Of a DNA stretch of 64,000 nt, positions 20,495-29,600 are shown piece after piece. The position numbers and the translations under genes are program-made. The stretch is from NCBI GenBank assembly GCA_041751215.1, contig JBGSXW010000002.1, positions 157,287 through 221,286 on the forward strand, read 5' to 3'. Position 1 is the first letter of the stretch, and the number at the start of each line of letters is the position of its first letter. Source of the stretch: Candidatus Saccharimonadales bacterium (GTDB lineage Bacteria > Patescibacteriota > Saccharimonadia > Saccharimonadales > JBGSXW01). The notes beneath the pieces were generated by a model. That model was not told where the DNA came from. It worked only from the letters and a program-made list of their open reading frames with translations, and ran no database searches.

Positions 20495-21100
20495 TCAGGT
20501 GCTCTTCTTTGACGCAGGTTCTTTTGGGCTATATTCATCAAAATAGACATCAAGGTTCTTAGCGTTTTGAGTGTTAAGAATTGCAATCAGCCGACTTACA
20601 AGCCGCCCGGCATCGTCATCAAAGATAACTTCTGAATCCGGAGGAAGTGGAGTTGCGACTTCAAGAATGCCCTGAATCTGAGAACCAATCCCGCCGGCCC
20701 CAGTTAAAAATCCCATCGGCTTGCCCATCTCAAGCGCCACCGTAAACTCGTGCAAAGTTCCTAGGCGCCCGCCGATGCTCAAAACCGCGTCAGACGATGC
20801 AACTAACAAAGAATCTCGCCCGACATAGTTTAGGCCGGTGTAAAGAATTACATCGTAGGCCTCGGTCGGCAGGCGATACTTTTTTACATGCTCAATTTTA
20901 GTGGAAGCCGGGGAGATCCCTACTGAAGTTCCGCCCGCCTCCTTGCATCCCATGGCAGCAAAATGCGGCAAACCAACAGTTGCTCCGGTTAAAAGCATGC
21001 TTCCTGATGTTGCGATTGCGCGTCCAGCCGCTAGAGCTAAATCTTTCCCCTCACTGACGCTTTTTCCCTTGGCCGCACCGGAAACACATATCTGATACAT
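20495..21100 (-). CDS. LOG/TIGR00725-family Rossmann-fold protein
   Basis: It is 201 aa with ICVSGAAKG... LLTGATVGLP... SIGGRLGTLHEF, a PGGxGTxxE-like LOG motif. Confidence 0.6.
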   Translation of the reverse strand: MYQICVSGAAKGKSVSEGKDLALAAGRAIATSGSMLLTGATVGLPHFAAMGCKEAGGTSVGISPASTKIEHVKKYRLPTEAYDVILYTGLNYVGRDSLLVASSDAVLSIGGRLGTLHEFTVALEMGKPMGFLTGAGGIGSQIQGILEVATPLPPDSEVIFDDDAGRLVSRLIAILNTQNAKNLDVYFDEYSPKEPASKKST

Positions 21101-22341
21101 TAGTCGACCGCCAATCGTGCTGGGTTGATCAAGTCGTTATCGAGTTGTCGCAGAATTTGATCCTCTAAGGTTTTTTCGCCCATGTAACGCATAAAGACCT
21201 CGTTCCAAAGGGCTTCTTTAAAGTGATAGACATAGCGATCGTCATACCCGACTTCGTTGCTATAGCTTAAAACCACGTCCATGAAGTTAAAGGTAATAGG
21301 GCGATCATCATACATAACCCCCACGTAGTCGAGGTCTTCCCAAAACTTTAGCTCTGGATCGATCTTGCACATTAGCTCCTCGGCTTTGCGCCAATGCAAA
21401 TCTTCTGGCTGGACGTGCGGTTCAAAAACCTCTGGATGTTTTTCGTCCTTGAGCTTGCCGAAGTAACGCTGAATTACCCGCCAGTGAACTTGCTGGCCGG
21501 CCATTACTGCCGCTTCGGACGGGTCGGCAATTAGTGTGTTAACAAAAATCTTTCCAAAATCTGGCTTTACTTGCTGAGCCTTAAAGAAGGCACTGTATAA
21601 CCGGACTTCATTGTAGTAGTGGAAAGTCAGAGTAATAACCTTAGTAGCGATTCCACTCATACGGGGCTGAATCGGTGGCAAAATCAAAACCACGCCCAAC
21701 TCCTTAAGATGAGTGTTTATGTGTCGTTTCTTTTCTATGTAGTGAGCAGCAATATCTCCCCAGCGCTCTTTTGGCATCACTACGAGCTTAATCTCTCGTG
21801 TCTCAAAATCGGTTGGCTTGAGTGATTCATACTGCTCGTTAAACTTATTTAGCCAATCCTCATCCTCGGCAAAGCGCAGCGCCCCATAAATCTCGTATAG
21901 ATTCTCTCGCTTTAGCATCGAATCAACCGAACGATAATTAAGTCGCTTCATTATGTTTTGTGGTGGAATATTTTTGAGCATTTTTCGGGCCACACTATCT
22001 TTTAGCACCCAACAATCGCGGGGCATTTTTGTGGCGTTGATCGCCTTAACGGCTAGCGGAATGATTTCGTAAACGTCGTGCTCGTCTTTAGCCCCAATTT
22101 GTTTGGCCAGATGCAGATCATGCTTCATGGCTTGGTTGATTAAGGCTTTGTAGAGCTCCGGTCCGGTTGTGTCATTAGGATCAAGGCCAAGTTCTTTGGT
22201 CTTTTTATGAAACTTCTCAATGATTTCAGCTGTGAGCTTAACATCCATCCCTTTTCGACCACTGGCTTGCTCTAGTTGGTCTAGGGCGCGGGTAAAGAGC
22301 GGCTGTTTGGCTTCTAATAAGTTTGTAAGTAGTTTTGTCAT
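21100..22341 (-). CDS. Hypothetical protein (413 aa) translationally coupled to the downstream LOG-family gene
   Basis: I recognised no motif. Its TAA stop overlaps the LOG ATG by 1 nt (TAATG on the minus strand). Confidence 0.45.
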   Translation of the reverse strand: MTKLLTNLLEAKQPLFTRALDQLEQASGRKGMDVKLTAEIIEKFHKKTKELGLDPNDTTGPELYKALINQAMKHDLHLAKQIGAKDEHDVYEIIPLAVKAINATKMPRDCWVLKDSVARKMLKNIPPQNIMKRLNYRSVDSMLKRENLYEIYGALRFAEDEDWLNKFNEQYESLKPTDFETREIKLVVMPKERWGDIAAHYIEKKRHINTHLKELGVVLILPPIQPRMSGIATKVITLTFHYYNEVRLYSAFFKAQQVKPDFGKIFVNTLIADPSEAAVMAGQQVHWRVIQRYFGKLKDEKHPEVFEPHVQPEDLHWRKAEELMCKIDPELKFWEDLDYVGVMYDDRPITFNFMDVVLSYSNEVGYDDRYVYHFKEALWNEVFMRYMGEKTLEDQILRQLDNDLINPARLAVD

Positions 22342-22415
22342 ATTTCTAATAGCCCCGCCGGGATTTTCTCTAGAATCATAACATATTGCTTATGGTAAAT
22401 TTTCATTCTCTGAGT

Positions 22416-23390
22416 TTAGTTAGCCTCTGAAATTTCCCGACTCTGAATGCTCATGCTGTGCAGCTGAGCACCGCTTCGCAAGATTCCCGCCTTGGCGCCA
22501 ATTTGGCCAACAACCGAAGTTGAGTTGGCACTCGCGTAGAGCAATGCCTCTTCCAGGCTATGCTCAAGTGCCAACATAGCAACAAAGCCCGAAGTAAATG
22601 CATCTCCAGCTCCAGTACGATCAATCACCGGCACGTCTTCGTACATTCCTCCAGAGCAAACCTTTTGGCCATCCGATGCGGCCTCACCTTTTGGTCCATC
22701 GGTTACAACACAGTAGTTGCTTACCTTAGCGCCAGCCTGCGCCAACTCTTCAATACTGCCCTCTCCAAATAACAGCGCTGCCTCATCCTTATTCGCCGAC
22801 AAAACACTAAGACTTGGCAGTAAGGCTTTAAGTCGCTCGGTCTCCGCCAGCTCCTTTTTGCCGGGATTAAAGGCTACCTTGATCGAGTGCTCTTTAGCGG
22901 CACTTAGTATCTTTTCTAGCAGCTCAAAATTGCCAGCCAGGGTTGAAACATAGATCCAGTCTGCCTTAATGTCGTCTAGGTTAAATAGACTGGGATTATA
23001 GTGGGTTGAAGCACCCCGGTAAGTAAGGATCGTCCTCTCGCCCGATGGAGCTAACAGCAGCGTCGAGTAGCCCGTCCCGTGCTCCTTGCTATAAACCACT
23101 CGAGCGGTGTTTACGCCCTCGTGAGATAATTCTGCGATGACCGCAGCTCCAGCCGGATCGTGGGCTATCTGACCCATAAACTCTACGTCCATGCCTAGAC
23201 GTGAGAATGTAACTGCCGCGTTTGTAGCTCCACCCCCGGTACTAAATGTGATTTTTTCTAGATCAAGTTTTGAACCTAAGGCAAACTCTGCAACTAGACT
23301 GCCGTCGTCCTCGCGCTTTGGAGTAAGCACCTCACCAGCTAAGAATACGTCCTGAACCGCAGCGCCAATTGTGACTATGCGTACACCCAC
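22416..23390 (-). CDS. PfkB/ribokinase-family carbohydrate kinase
   Basis: It has the GGGATNAAVTFSRLG N-terminal motif and the DRTGAGDAFTSGF anion-hole/ATP motif. Confidence 0.8.
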   Translation of the reverse strand: MGVRIVTIGAAVQDVFLAGEVLTPKREDDGSLVAEFALGSKLDLEKITFSTGGGATNAAVTFSRLGMDVEFMGQIAHDPAGAAVIAELSHEGVNTARVVYSKEHGTGYSTLLLAPSGERTILTYRGASTHYNPSLFNLDDIKADWIYVSTLAGNFELLEKILSAAKEHSIKVAFNPGKKELAETERLKALLPSLSVLSANKDEAALLFGEGSIEELAQAGAKVSNYCVVTDGPKGEAASDGQKVCSGGMYEDVPVIDRTGAGDAFTSGFVAMLALEHSLEEALLYASANSTSVVGQIGAKAGILRSGAQLHSMSIQSREISEAN

Positions 23391-23391
23391 C

Positions 23392-24435
23392 TTAATCCTG
23401 GCTCCCGCTTACAAAGTTATCGTTTTCAAGCTGAGAATCTTGAAGCTGACCATCACGCGCAATTGCAGCCAGCTGTAGTTGATGCGCAAATAGCTGCTGA
23501 GAGGCTGCGACATCGGTCTGATTTTCTGCCCAATGCTTTAAGACCGGATCCTGCAAGGCGCGAGAATACGAAAAGGTTAGTCCCCAAGGATATGGTCCAA
23601 GCTTTTCGATAGCGTTTAGGTTTTGAACTGCTAGGTCTGGGGTTTGTCCGCCCGATAGGAAAACAACTCCGCCTAGCTCACCCGGTACATGTTCTTTTAG
23701 CACCCTGGATGTGCGCTCAGAAACCTCATCAATGTTTACTGGATTGCCAGAGTTCTTTCCTGGCAGTACCATGCTAGTTTTTAAAATTGCACCACTTAAA
23801 TCTACTCGAAAAGCCCGCATGGTTTGAAACAGAATGTCATAGGTGTGCGCGATGACTTGTTCGCATCGCTCAGCACTGTGTTCGCCGTCGTAAAGCACCT
23901 CAGGCTCAACGATTGGCACGATGTTGTATTCCTGGCACATGCGAGCGTAGCGAGCTAAGGAAAATGTGTTGGCTCCAATACATTCATCGGTTGGAATATC
24001 ATTACCGATTGTTATCAGAGCCCGCCACTTGGCAAACTTGGCACCACTCTGAGCATACTTAGCTAAGCGTTCTGGTAGGCCATCGAGACCTTGAGTTACT
24101 TTTTCGCCGGGAAAGCCAGGCAGATCAATTAAACCCATGTCGACTTTAATGCCGGGCATAATGTCTTGCTCGCTTAGATACTCTCGCAGAGGCTGACCGC
24201 TATCAGTATTTTGCCAAAAGGTTTCATCGTAAAGAATTACTCCGCTGAGGTATTGGGCGGCATGTGGTGTGGTCATGAGCAGTTGTCGATAGCGTCGTCG
24301 ATTTTCCTCGCTTGTTTCAACGCCAACACCCTCAAAGCGCTTGTTTGCACTCTTATTGCTTTCGTCAGCCGCCAAAATTCCTTTACCCGGCGCTACTAGT
24401 TTTTTAGCTATATCGCTTAGTTGCTGATGGTCCAT
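23392..24435 (-). CDS. Fructose-bisphosphate aldolase, class I
   Basis: It has GKGILAADESNKSANKRF and the Schiff-base lysine context, in a 347-aa (beta/alpha)8 protein typical of class I FBA. Confidence 0.8.
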   Translation of the reverse strand: MDHQQLSDIAKKLVAPGKGILAADESNKSANKRFEGVGVETSEENRRRYRQLLMTTPHAAQYLSGVILYDETFWQNTDSGQPLREYLSEQDIMPGIKVDMGLIDLPGFPGEKVTQGLDGLPERLAKYAQSGAKFAKWRALITIGNDIPTDECIGANTFSLARYARMCQEYNIVPIVEPEVLYDGEHSAERCEQVIAHTYDILFQTMRAFRVDLSGAILKTSMVLPGKNSGNPVNIDEVSERTSRVLKEHVPGELGGVVFLSGGQTPDLAVQNLNAIEKLGPYPWGLTFSYSRALQDPVLKHWAENQTDVAASQQLFAHQLQLAAIARDGQLQDSQLENDNFVSGSQD

Positions 24436-24438
24436 AAC

Positions 24439-25449
24439 CTATTGCCTCCCTGCATCGATTAACAGCTGATGTGCCGCTCGAACAATGTGTTCGGCGCTTA
24501 AGCCAAATGCTTTCATTAGTTCCTCGGGTTTACCCGATTCGCCGAAATGATCCTTAATACCTATTCGTTTCATCGGCATTGGCAGATTCTCAACCAACAG
24601 TTCTGCAACCGCACTGCCTAGCCCGCCATTAATCTGAGCCTCCTCGGCCGTTATAACTGCTCCGGTCTTTTCGGCACTTTTGAGAATGGTTACAGAATCA
24701 AGCGGCTTAATGACTGGAACGTGGACTACTTCGGCGTCAATTCCGTCTGGATATAGCTTCTCAGCTGCTAACAAAGCCTGGTAGGTCATAATTCCTGTTG
24801 CAACGATAGTAATATCTTTGCCCGGCGAAACCACGTAAGCCCGGTCTAACGAAAACGGCGTGCGGCTAGTAGTAAAGATCGGCGTAGCTTCACGCGCTAA
24901 CCGCATGTAGGCTGGCCGCTTGTCCTCAGCAATGGCTTCGGTAGCTTTAGCGGCCTCAACAGCATCGCCAGGCGCAATTACCACCATGTTTGGTAGCGCC
25001 CTCATTAGCGCTAGGTCTTCAAGCATCTGATGGGTGGCGCCGTCTGGCCCTACCGAAACTCCAGCGTGTGAACCAATAATCTTAACTGGCTGATCATTTA
25101 AGCAGATGGTTGTCCTAATCTGTTCCCAGTTCCTGCCGGGACTAAAAGCAGCGTAACTAGATGTAAACGGAATCTTTCCCATCGCTGCCATTCCCGAGGC
25201 AAGTGTTACTAGGTTTTGCTCGGCAATTCCTACTTCTATAAAGCGTTCGGGAAACTCTTCGGCAAAAGAATTCATTTTTGTTGAATCTGTTAAATCGGCG
25301 CAGAGCGCCACAATATCCTCGTTTTTACGCCCGGCCTCAACTAAACCACGCCCAAAGCCAGAGCGAGTGGGCTCTGTAGAAATCTTCTCTGAGTCCAAAT
25401 CTTCAACTAAAAACATGCCGCTACTCATGCTCACCCCTGATCTTTCCAC
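24439..25449 (-). CDS. Transketolase, C-terminal (pyrimidine-binding) subunit of a split enzyme
   Basis: It is 336 aa with the Pyr and TK_C domains (FIEVGIAEQNLVTLASGMA). Confidence 0.85.
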   Translation of the reverse strand: MERSGVSMSSGMFLVEDLDSEKISTEPTRSGFGRGLVEAGRKNEDIVALCADLTDSTKMNSFAEEFPERFIEVGIAEQNLVTLASGMAAMGKIPFTSSYAAFSPGRNWEQIRTTICLNDQPVKIIGSHAGVSVGPDGATHQMLEDLALMRALPNMVVIAPGDAVEAAKATEAIAEDKRPAYMRLAREATPIFTTSRTPFSLDRAYVVSPGKDITIVATGIMTYQALLAAEKLYPDGIDAEVVHVPVIKPLDSVTILKSAEKTGAVITAEEAQINGGLGSAVAELLVENLPMPMKRIGIKDHFGESGKPEELMKAFGLSAEHIVRAAHQLLIDAGRQ

Positions 25450-26278
25450 CTAAAGTGCGCAGTTGATGCAGGGCTTCTTTGGCCTGCTTGTGATCGGGCG
25501 GCGAACCGTGCCAGTGATAATCGAACTCCATAAAATCTACGCCCTTGCCAGGAATGGTATGAGCGATAATAACAGTGGGCTTTTCAACAATTGCTCTGGC
25601 CATAGAGCAAGCATCAATAACGGCCTCGATATTATTGCCGTCAATGTCGATAACATGCCAACCAAATGCTTCCCATTTGTCCTTTAGGTCTTCTAGCGGC
25701 ATAACTTCTTCGGTTGGGCCATCAATTTGAATGTTGTTTCGATCAATAATCGTAATCAAGTTCGAGAGTCTGTTCTTGCCAGCAAACATAGCAGCTTCCC
25801 AAATATTGCCCTCATTCAGCTCCCCGTCGCCGCACAAGCAGTAAACCCACCGCTGCGTGGTGTTGTTCATTCTAAGAGCTAGAGCCATGCCGCAGGCCTG
25901 ACTGAGGCCGCTGCCCAACGGACCGCTGGTTGTTTCCATGCCGGGCAGTTTTAATCTCTCGGGATGACCCTGGAGCCGAGTGCCAAACTGTCGGAGTGTC
26001 ATTAGCTCTTTAACCGGAAAATACCCGGCATGCGCCATGGTAGCGTAACGAACCGGCGCAATATGGCCGTTAGAAAGCACTAGGAGGTCTCGGCCGTCCC
26101 AGTCTGGATCTTTAGGGTCGTGCTCGAGTATGTCGAAGTAAAGGGCCGTAAACACATCGGTCATACCAAGCGGACCGGCAGAATGACCGCTCCCGGCGTT
26201 TTCGAGCATCTTAATGATGTCTTGTCGAATATCGTTGGCAATCTTTTCCAGCTGCTCAACGGTGTACTTTTTTCCCAC
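25421..26278 (-). CDS. Transketolase, N-terminal (TPP-binding) subunit of a split enzyme
   Basis: It is 285 aa with GSGHSAGPLGMTD... GDGELNEGNIWEA, the TPP-binding motif. It overlaps the C-subunit gene by 29 nt. Confidence 0.85.
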   Translation of the reverse strand: MGKKYTVEQLEKIANDIRQDIIKMLENAGSGHSAGPLGMTDVFTALYFDILEHDPKDPDWDGRDLLVLSNGHIAPVRYATMAHAGYFPVKELMTLRQFGTRLQGHPERLKLPGMETTSGPLGSGLSQACGMALALRMNNTTQRWVYCLCGDGELNEGNIWEAAMFAGKNRLSNLITIIDRNNIQIDGPTEEVMPLEDLKDKWEAFGWHVIDIDGNNIEAVIDACSMARAIVEKPTVIIAHTIPGKGVDFMEFDYHWHGSPPDHKQAKEALHQLRTLGGKIRGEHE

Positions 26279-26290
26279 GCACCCCCCTGC

Positions 26291-26929
26291 TCAAGGTCTT
26301 CGTATTCTGGCCTTAAGTATAGCATAAGCATCTCGAGGACTGTCGGCGTTTTGAATGTACCCTCCGACATTAATTACATCGACGCCCGCATCCACGATTT
26401 CTGATATATTTTGATCGTTTACGCCGCCGTCCCAACCAATCTCAGCATTGGGGTTGATATCTTTTACTTGTTTAACTTTATCTAACAACTCTAAGTCTAC
26501 CTGACTTCCTCCTTGGTATCCGAGGTTGCCGGAGAAGATCAGCACGTGATCGACTTGCTCGATCAGGGCTTTGGCTGTAGAAGTACTCGTTTTGGCCAGT
26601 AAAGCAACGCCGCACTTTAGGCCTGCTTGCTTTAATTCTGCTAGAGCTTGGTTTAAATCACCCTTGGCCTCGGCGTGAATTATCACAAGGTCGGGGCGGA
26701 GATTCAGTAGCGGTTCAATCCTGGTCTCGGGGTGATCGTGCATTAGATGAACATCAGCTTTAATCCTTGCTGGCCACCAGATTTCTGCCGGTTTTACAGT
26801 TTGGGAAGGAGCAAATACTCCGTCTGTTAGGTCGATGTGGACTCTTGGGGCGAATTCTATAATTTGATCGATCTGCTTTTTGTAGTCTTTTTCGTTAAAA
26901 GCGGTGATTGTTGGGCAAATATCTGCCAT
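26291..26929 (-). CDS. rpe: Ribulose-phosphate 3-epimerase-like (beta/alpha)8 enzyme
   Basis: HIDLTDGVFAP matches the Rpe HxDxMDGxFVPN motif. It is 212 aa and sits in a pentose-phosphate context. Confidence 0.65.
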   Translation of the reverse strand: MADICPTITAFNEKDYKKQIDQIIEFAPRVHIDLTDGVFAPSQTVKPAEIWWPARIKADVHLMHDHPETRIEPLLNLRPDLVIIHAEAKGDLNQALAELKQAGLKCGVALLAKTSTSTAKALIEQVDHVLIFSGNLGYQGGSQVDLELLDKVKQVKDINPNAEIGWDGGVNDQNISEIVDAGVDVINVGGYIQNADSPRDAYAILKARIRRP

Positions 26930-26934
26930 GAAGC

Positions 26935-27378
26935 CTACAGTTCGTCGAGCTGGGCGATACGACGCTTGTGCCTGCCCGCGTTAGAAAAGTTTGTTTTAAG
27001 CCAGGTATCAACAATTTCGTTAGCATCTTGATCTCTGAGGACGCGCGAAGGCAGGCAAAGTACATTTGAGTCGTTGTCTTCTCTGGTTTCTCTAGCTTCT
27101 GCTTCGTCCCAAATTACGGAAGCCCGGATACCGCTAAATCGGTTAGCAGCAATCGCCATGCCCTGGCCACTGCCACAAACTAGAATCGCACGAGGGTCAT
27201 GATCGTCACTGCCAAGTACTTTTGTAACTGCTAAATAGGCAAACTGAGGATAGTCATCTTCTGGATCGAGCGATTTAGCGCCGATGTCTTCAATGTCGTA
27301 GCCAGACTTTGTTAGATAAGTCATCAGTTCACTCTTTAAAGCAAAGCCAGCATGATCAGATCCAATAAAGATTTTCAC
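26935..27378 (-). CDS. rpiB: Ribose-5-phosphate isomerase B
   Basis: It has MKIFIGSDHAGFALK... CGSGQGMAIAANR and is 147 aa. Confidence 0.88.
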   Translation of the reverse strand: MKIFIGSDHAGFALKSELMTYLTKSGYDIEDIGAKSLDPEDDYPQFAYLAVTKVLGSDDHDPRAILVCGSGQGMAIAANRFSGIRASVIWDEAEARETREDNDSNVLCLPSRVLRDQDANEIVDTWLKTNFSNAGRHKRRIAQLDEL

Positions 27379-27381
27379 TTT

Positions 27382-28404
27382 TTAAGCCTCCTTGGCGTGA
27401 ACTAATCGACCTAAATCGGCCGTCAGCTCAACTAAACGATTAGAGTAGCCCCATTCGTTGTCGTACCAGGCTATAACTTTAACCATGTTTCCACCCGTGA
27501 CCTGGGTAAGTTCTAGGTCAACAACTGCTGAGTGGCTGTTGCCAATGACGTCGCTAGAAACAATTGGTTCGTTTGTTACTTCTAGAATTCCTTGGTAGAA
27601 CGGTTCTTTGGCAGCCTCAGTAAATGCTTCGTTCACTTCATCTTTGGTAACGTCTTTCTTGGTTACGAAGGTAAAGTCACTCAGACTAACTACACCAGTT
27701 GGCACTCGAATGGCCATACCGTCAAATATGCCAGCCAGCTCGGGAACTGTTAGAGAAGCAGCAATTGTTGCACCACTAGTGGTAGGTACGATGTTTTGAG
27801 CAGCCGCTCGGGCTCGACGCAAATCTTTGTGAGGGGCATCCTGAAGGCGTTGATCTGCTGTGTAGCTATGCACTGTCGTCATCATGGCCTTTTCTACGCC
27901 AAATTTAGCGACCATGATTGCCGCAACCGGGGCAACGCAGTTAGTTGTGCACGAGGCATTAGAAATAATGTCTCCGCCCGATTCTACTTTGTCCTCATTT
28001 ACGCCGAGCACGACCGTTGTTGCTCCCTCACCCTTTGAAGGCGCAGAGATAACGACTTTCTTAGCGCCCGCCTCGATATGCGCTCTAGCTTTTGCTGGAT
28101 CTACAAACAACCCGGTGCTTTCGATAACGACATCCACACCAAGTTCTTTCCACGGCAAGCTTCTCGGATCTTTTTCTGATAGAACCTGAATCTTAGTACC
28201 GTCGACCACCATGTGGGTGTCGTCGAACTCAACAGCCTTGTCATAACGACCGTAATTGGAGTCGTGTGAGAGCAAAAAAGCCAGGGTCTTGGTGTCTGTA
28301 AGATCGTTGATTGCAACTATCTCTAGATCGTCGCGCGCAAATGCAACCTTAAAAGCTGTTCGCCCAATACGTCCGAATCCGTTGATTGCAACCTTAGTTT
28401 TCAT
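27382..28404 (-). CDS. gap: Glyceraldehyde-3-phosphate dehydrogenase
   Basis: It has INGFGRIGR and the SNASCTTNCVAP active-site Cys motif. Confidence 0.93.
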   Translation of the reverse strand: MKTKVAINGFGRIGRTAFKVAFARDDLEIVAINDLTDTKTLAFLLSHDSNYGRYDKAVEFDDTHMVVDGTKIQVLSEKDPRSLPWKELGVDVVIESTGLFVDPAKARAHIEAGAKKVVISAPSKGEGATTVVLGVNEDKVESGGDIISNASCTTNCVAPVAAIMVAKFGVEKAMMTTVHSYTADQRLQDAPHKDLRRARAAAQNIVPTTSGATIAASLTVPELAGIFDGMAIRVPTGVVSLSDFTFVTKKDVTKDEVNEAFTEAAKEPFYQGILEVTNEPIVSSDVIGNSHSAVVDLELTQVTGGNMVKVIAWYDNEWGYSNRLVELTADLGRLVHAKEA

Positions 28405-28462
28405 CCCACCCCTTCTAAATATTACTTATGCTTAGTGTAACAAGAGTAGCCGCTACTGTGAA

Positions 28463-28987
28463 CTAGCCTTTTTTAGCACTCGCGATTGAGTCTTCAATAA
28501 CCTTCTTGGCATCGTCTGGTCCACCCCAGCCTTTTAGTTCGGCGCTAACGCCCTTCCAGTCTTTCTTCCAGTCTTTGTAGTGACTGTAAAAATGCTCAAT
28601 GTTCTTCTTAAATGCTTCACCTAGATCGTCAAGGGTTTTTAGGTGATCGCTACTGATGTCATCGGCTGGAACGCATATTAGCTTTTCATCCATCTCGCCG
28701 TCATCTTCAAAATAAAGCACGCCAATTGGCCGCGCTGGCACAACCACGCCGTGTGGTAGTGATTCTTCAATTACAACTAGTGCATCTAACGGATCTCCGT
28801 CGTCGCAGAGCGTGTCAGGAACATAGCCATAGTCTGCTGGATAGCCAAGAAAGGTACCATTTACGCGGTCTAGGAATAGTCGTCCGGTGGCTTTGTCGAC
28901 TTCTATTTTGTTGCGACTGCCCTTTTGGATCTCGATTATTACATTCACTACTGCTGGTGCGTCGTCGCCGTAAGACACGTCTGACAT
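28463..28987 (-). CDS. ppa: Inorganic pyrophosphatase (family I)
   Basis: It is 174 aa with VVNVIIEIQKGS... DGDPLDALVV. Confidence 0.88.
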   Translation of the reverse strand: MSDVSYGDDAPAVVNVIIEIQKGSRNKIEVDKATGRLFLDRVNGTFLGYPADYGYVPDTLCDDGDPLDALVVIEESLPHGVVVPARPIGVLYFEDDGEMDEKLICVPADDISSDHLKTLDDLGEAFKKNIEHFYSHYKDWKKDWKGVSAELKGWGGPDDAKKVIEDSIASAKKG

Positions 28988-29074
28988 GATTCCTCCTGTT
29001 TTCTTTATCAGTTACTATTGTACAATAAAGCACTCGCTTAGCGTGTTAAGATTTAGCTATTAATTGGAGGCGGT

Positions 29075-29500
29075 ATGAGCGTAAAAACTGGAATAATTGT
29101 GGCTACGTTATTAATAGGATCGATTGTAGGTTTGGTAATTTATAACGAAACCTCAAAAGATGATCCAGCCGCCACCACAGCCGAAAGCATTAACGAGCAA
29201 CCGCAGGCACCAAGCGAGCCCGAAACTGAGCCTAAAACTATCACGTTAGCTGAAGTGGCAAACCACAACAGCGCCAGTGATTGCTGGATGATTGTTAGAG
29301 ACAAAGTATACGACGTGACTGATTTTATAGCTCGTCACCCCGGCGGCAGCGAAATTGTGCGCGGATGTGGAATTAATGCTACGAGCTTGTTTGAATCAAG
29401 AACGACCGAAAACGGCGAGACCGTTGGCACAGGTAGCCCTCACTCGAGTAGCGCCGCGTCTCAGCTTGAGCAGTATGAGATTGGAACAGTGTCACGCTAA
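29075..29500 (+). CDS. Membrane-anchored/exported cytochrome b5-like heme-binding domain protein
   Basis: It has an N-terminal TM helix and the DVTDFIARHPGGSEI HPGG heme-binding motif. Confidence 0.7.
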   Translation: MSVKTGIIVATLLIGSIVGLVIYNETSKDDPAATTAESINEQPQAPSEPETEPKTITLAEVANHNSASDCWMIVRDKVYDVTDFIARHPGGSEIVRGCGINATSLFESRTTENGETVGTGSPHSSSAASQLEQYEIGTVSR

Positions 29501-29600
29501 CGACATCTGCTTGAACTCACTCCCCACCCTCCCTGGGGGCAACCCAGCCAGTTCTCCTGAGGCAAACGCTATCACAGATTTGCTTAAAGCAGGATTAAAT

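Noticed and set aside
24439-26278. Possible frameshifted or pseudogenised transketolase (two ORFs instead of one)
   Set aside because: Each half corresponds cleanly to the known N-terminal (TPP) and C-terminal (Pyr/TK_C) subunits with their own start, and they overlap by 29 nt. This is the established split-transketolase arrangement, not a frameshift.
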